Positions 62,801 to 64,000 of a DNA stretch of 64,000 nucleotides are shown piece after piece (the stretch's first letter is position 1; each line of letters begins with the position of its first letter). Source of the DNA: Lingula anatina (Eukaryota > Animalia > Brachiopoda); the NCBI GenBank assembly GCA_051362555.1, contig CM120649.1, positions 3,162,001 through 3,226,000 on the forward strand. The letters run 5' to 3'. Position numbers and translations under genes: made by a program. A model generated the notes under the pieces. That model was not told the DNA's origin and made no database searches. It was given only the letters and a program-made list of their open reading frames with translations.

Positions 62801-64000
62801 AGATGTTCTGGCATGGCATTTAAGGAAGGTAATAGGAACGTTTGCACGCACAATTGTACATAAAAATTAAATATTTTTTTTTCCTTTTTTACTACGCCCC
62901 AATGGCATTTTAATAATAATAGAAAAGAAAAGGAAAATTTGCTAATACATAAATCATGATAGCAAAATGTTATAATTCCACGGATAAGTCAATGGCAGAT
63001 CTTATGGTAGTGGGCGGGGCAATGTCGGCCACGTGTCAAAGCCAAGCAAACCTTTCATAACTGTGCCTTACGGCAAAGTTTTAATCATCCAGTCTCGTAG
63101 TATATATATATATATATCTATATCCCCATCTCCCCTTAACAAAACCACGCCACAGACTGACTCCACACAGCACAAATTACATCAATTATACCATTTTGTC
63201 CAAGACTCAGAAAAACTCAGCAAAAGCACCACTTGTAACAAGGAGAAAGATACAGTTCTTATTTTATTTGACGCGAATGTTTGGACATCATCAGATACTC
63301 GTGGTCGAAGTGAATTTCTAGAGTCGTTTTCTATAAAATGTTTTTTCTTAACACAGAAAACAACGATAAGTCACTCGTATTCTTATTTGTCCATGCACAA
63401 TGGCTGTACCAGGGGAGGCCTTACACTTTCTGTTCCTTATTGAAAGCAAAATACAAAAGAGCGTCCTCAGACACAAAACCTGAAAAACATAATGGACCCT
63501 ACATCAACAAATTACTCATAGGTGTAAGGACGGTGACACACAGTGCTAACTATGGGAGTTCCATGTAATATGGTGTACAGTTACGTCAAATGGCCTTTTT
63601 TAACTCCCGGACAGGGCTTGTCCGCAGAGACAAGACAAAAATAAGTCACAGAAAAAGGAATCAACGCAGTTTAATAGAGGTAAAACAGGAGCTGGCCCTT
63701 ACCAATTTTCTACCGAAAGGTACTCCATCGGTTTTAGTTGCTACAAAATCAGCTGAATGGCCTTCAGTCGATTTTGTAACAGTAAGAGGCGGCTCTGGAA
63801 GAGAGGACCCGTCCCCCCGGTCACAGCTATCTGCACAGATAACACCAATGTATGGCAAAGAATAGCACCATTATTTGTCACATGATACCCTGAGTCGTGA
63901 CTTCCCAATGCCCCCTTTTTCTTCTGTTTTTCTACACCTTGCTATCAAATATCTCTGTACAAATAAGACAGATGACGAACCTTTTATTTTTTTTTACATT

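Noticed and set aside
63033-63865. 136-aa and 91-aa ORFs near the window end
   Set aside because: No recognisable motifs or convincing splice sites linking them to the signal-peptide exon.

Overview
Animal genomic DNA (AT-rich, GT-AG introns, microsatellites, poly-G tracts; looks like an invertebrate, possibly a mollusc, but the taxon cannot be fixed from sequence). Host genes: (1) an intronless 237-aa gene built from repeats of [IV]DPGVI[IV]P (13186-13899) with its own TATA/C-EBP/ETS-type promoter, probably nested in the 5' intron of (2) a compact 14-coding-exon plakin gene (21631-30937, about 783 aa: partial plakin domain with SH3, then plectin repeats, with no actin-binding, rod or GAR domain) that has candidate alternative first exons and a 27-nt microexon; (3) a convergent G-protein gamma subunit gene (minus strand, CVIL CAAX box, likely 87 aa after splicing); (4) the signal-peptide first exon of a secreted or membrane protein gene (55637-55730) that runs out of the window. 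Mobile DNA: a 5'-truncated Tx1/L1 LINE, a 5'-truncated L2/CR1-group LINE, a Sola3-like TTAA element, several MITEs with 5-bp TSDs, and a Tc1/mariner element that carries a divergent, spliced BEN-domain pseudogene missing from the ORF track. The two best leads are the DPGVIIP multi-motif protein and the BEN-carrying Tc1 element. All domain and family calls come from motif recognition by eye, not from database searches.
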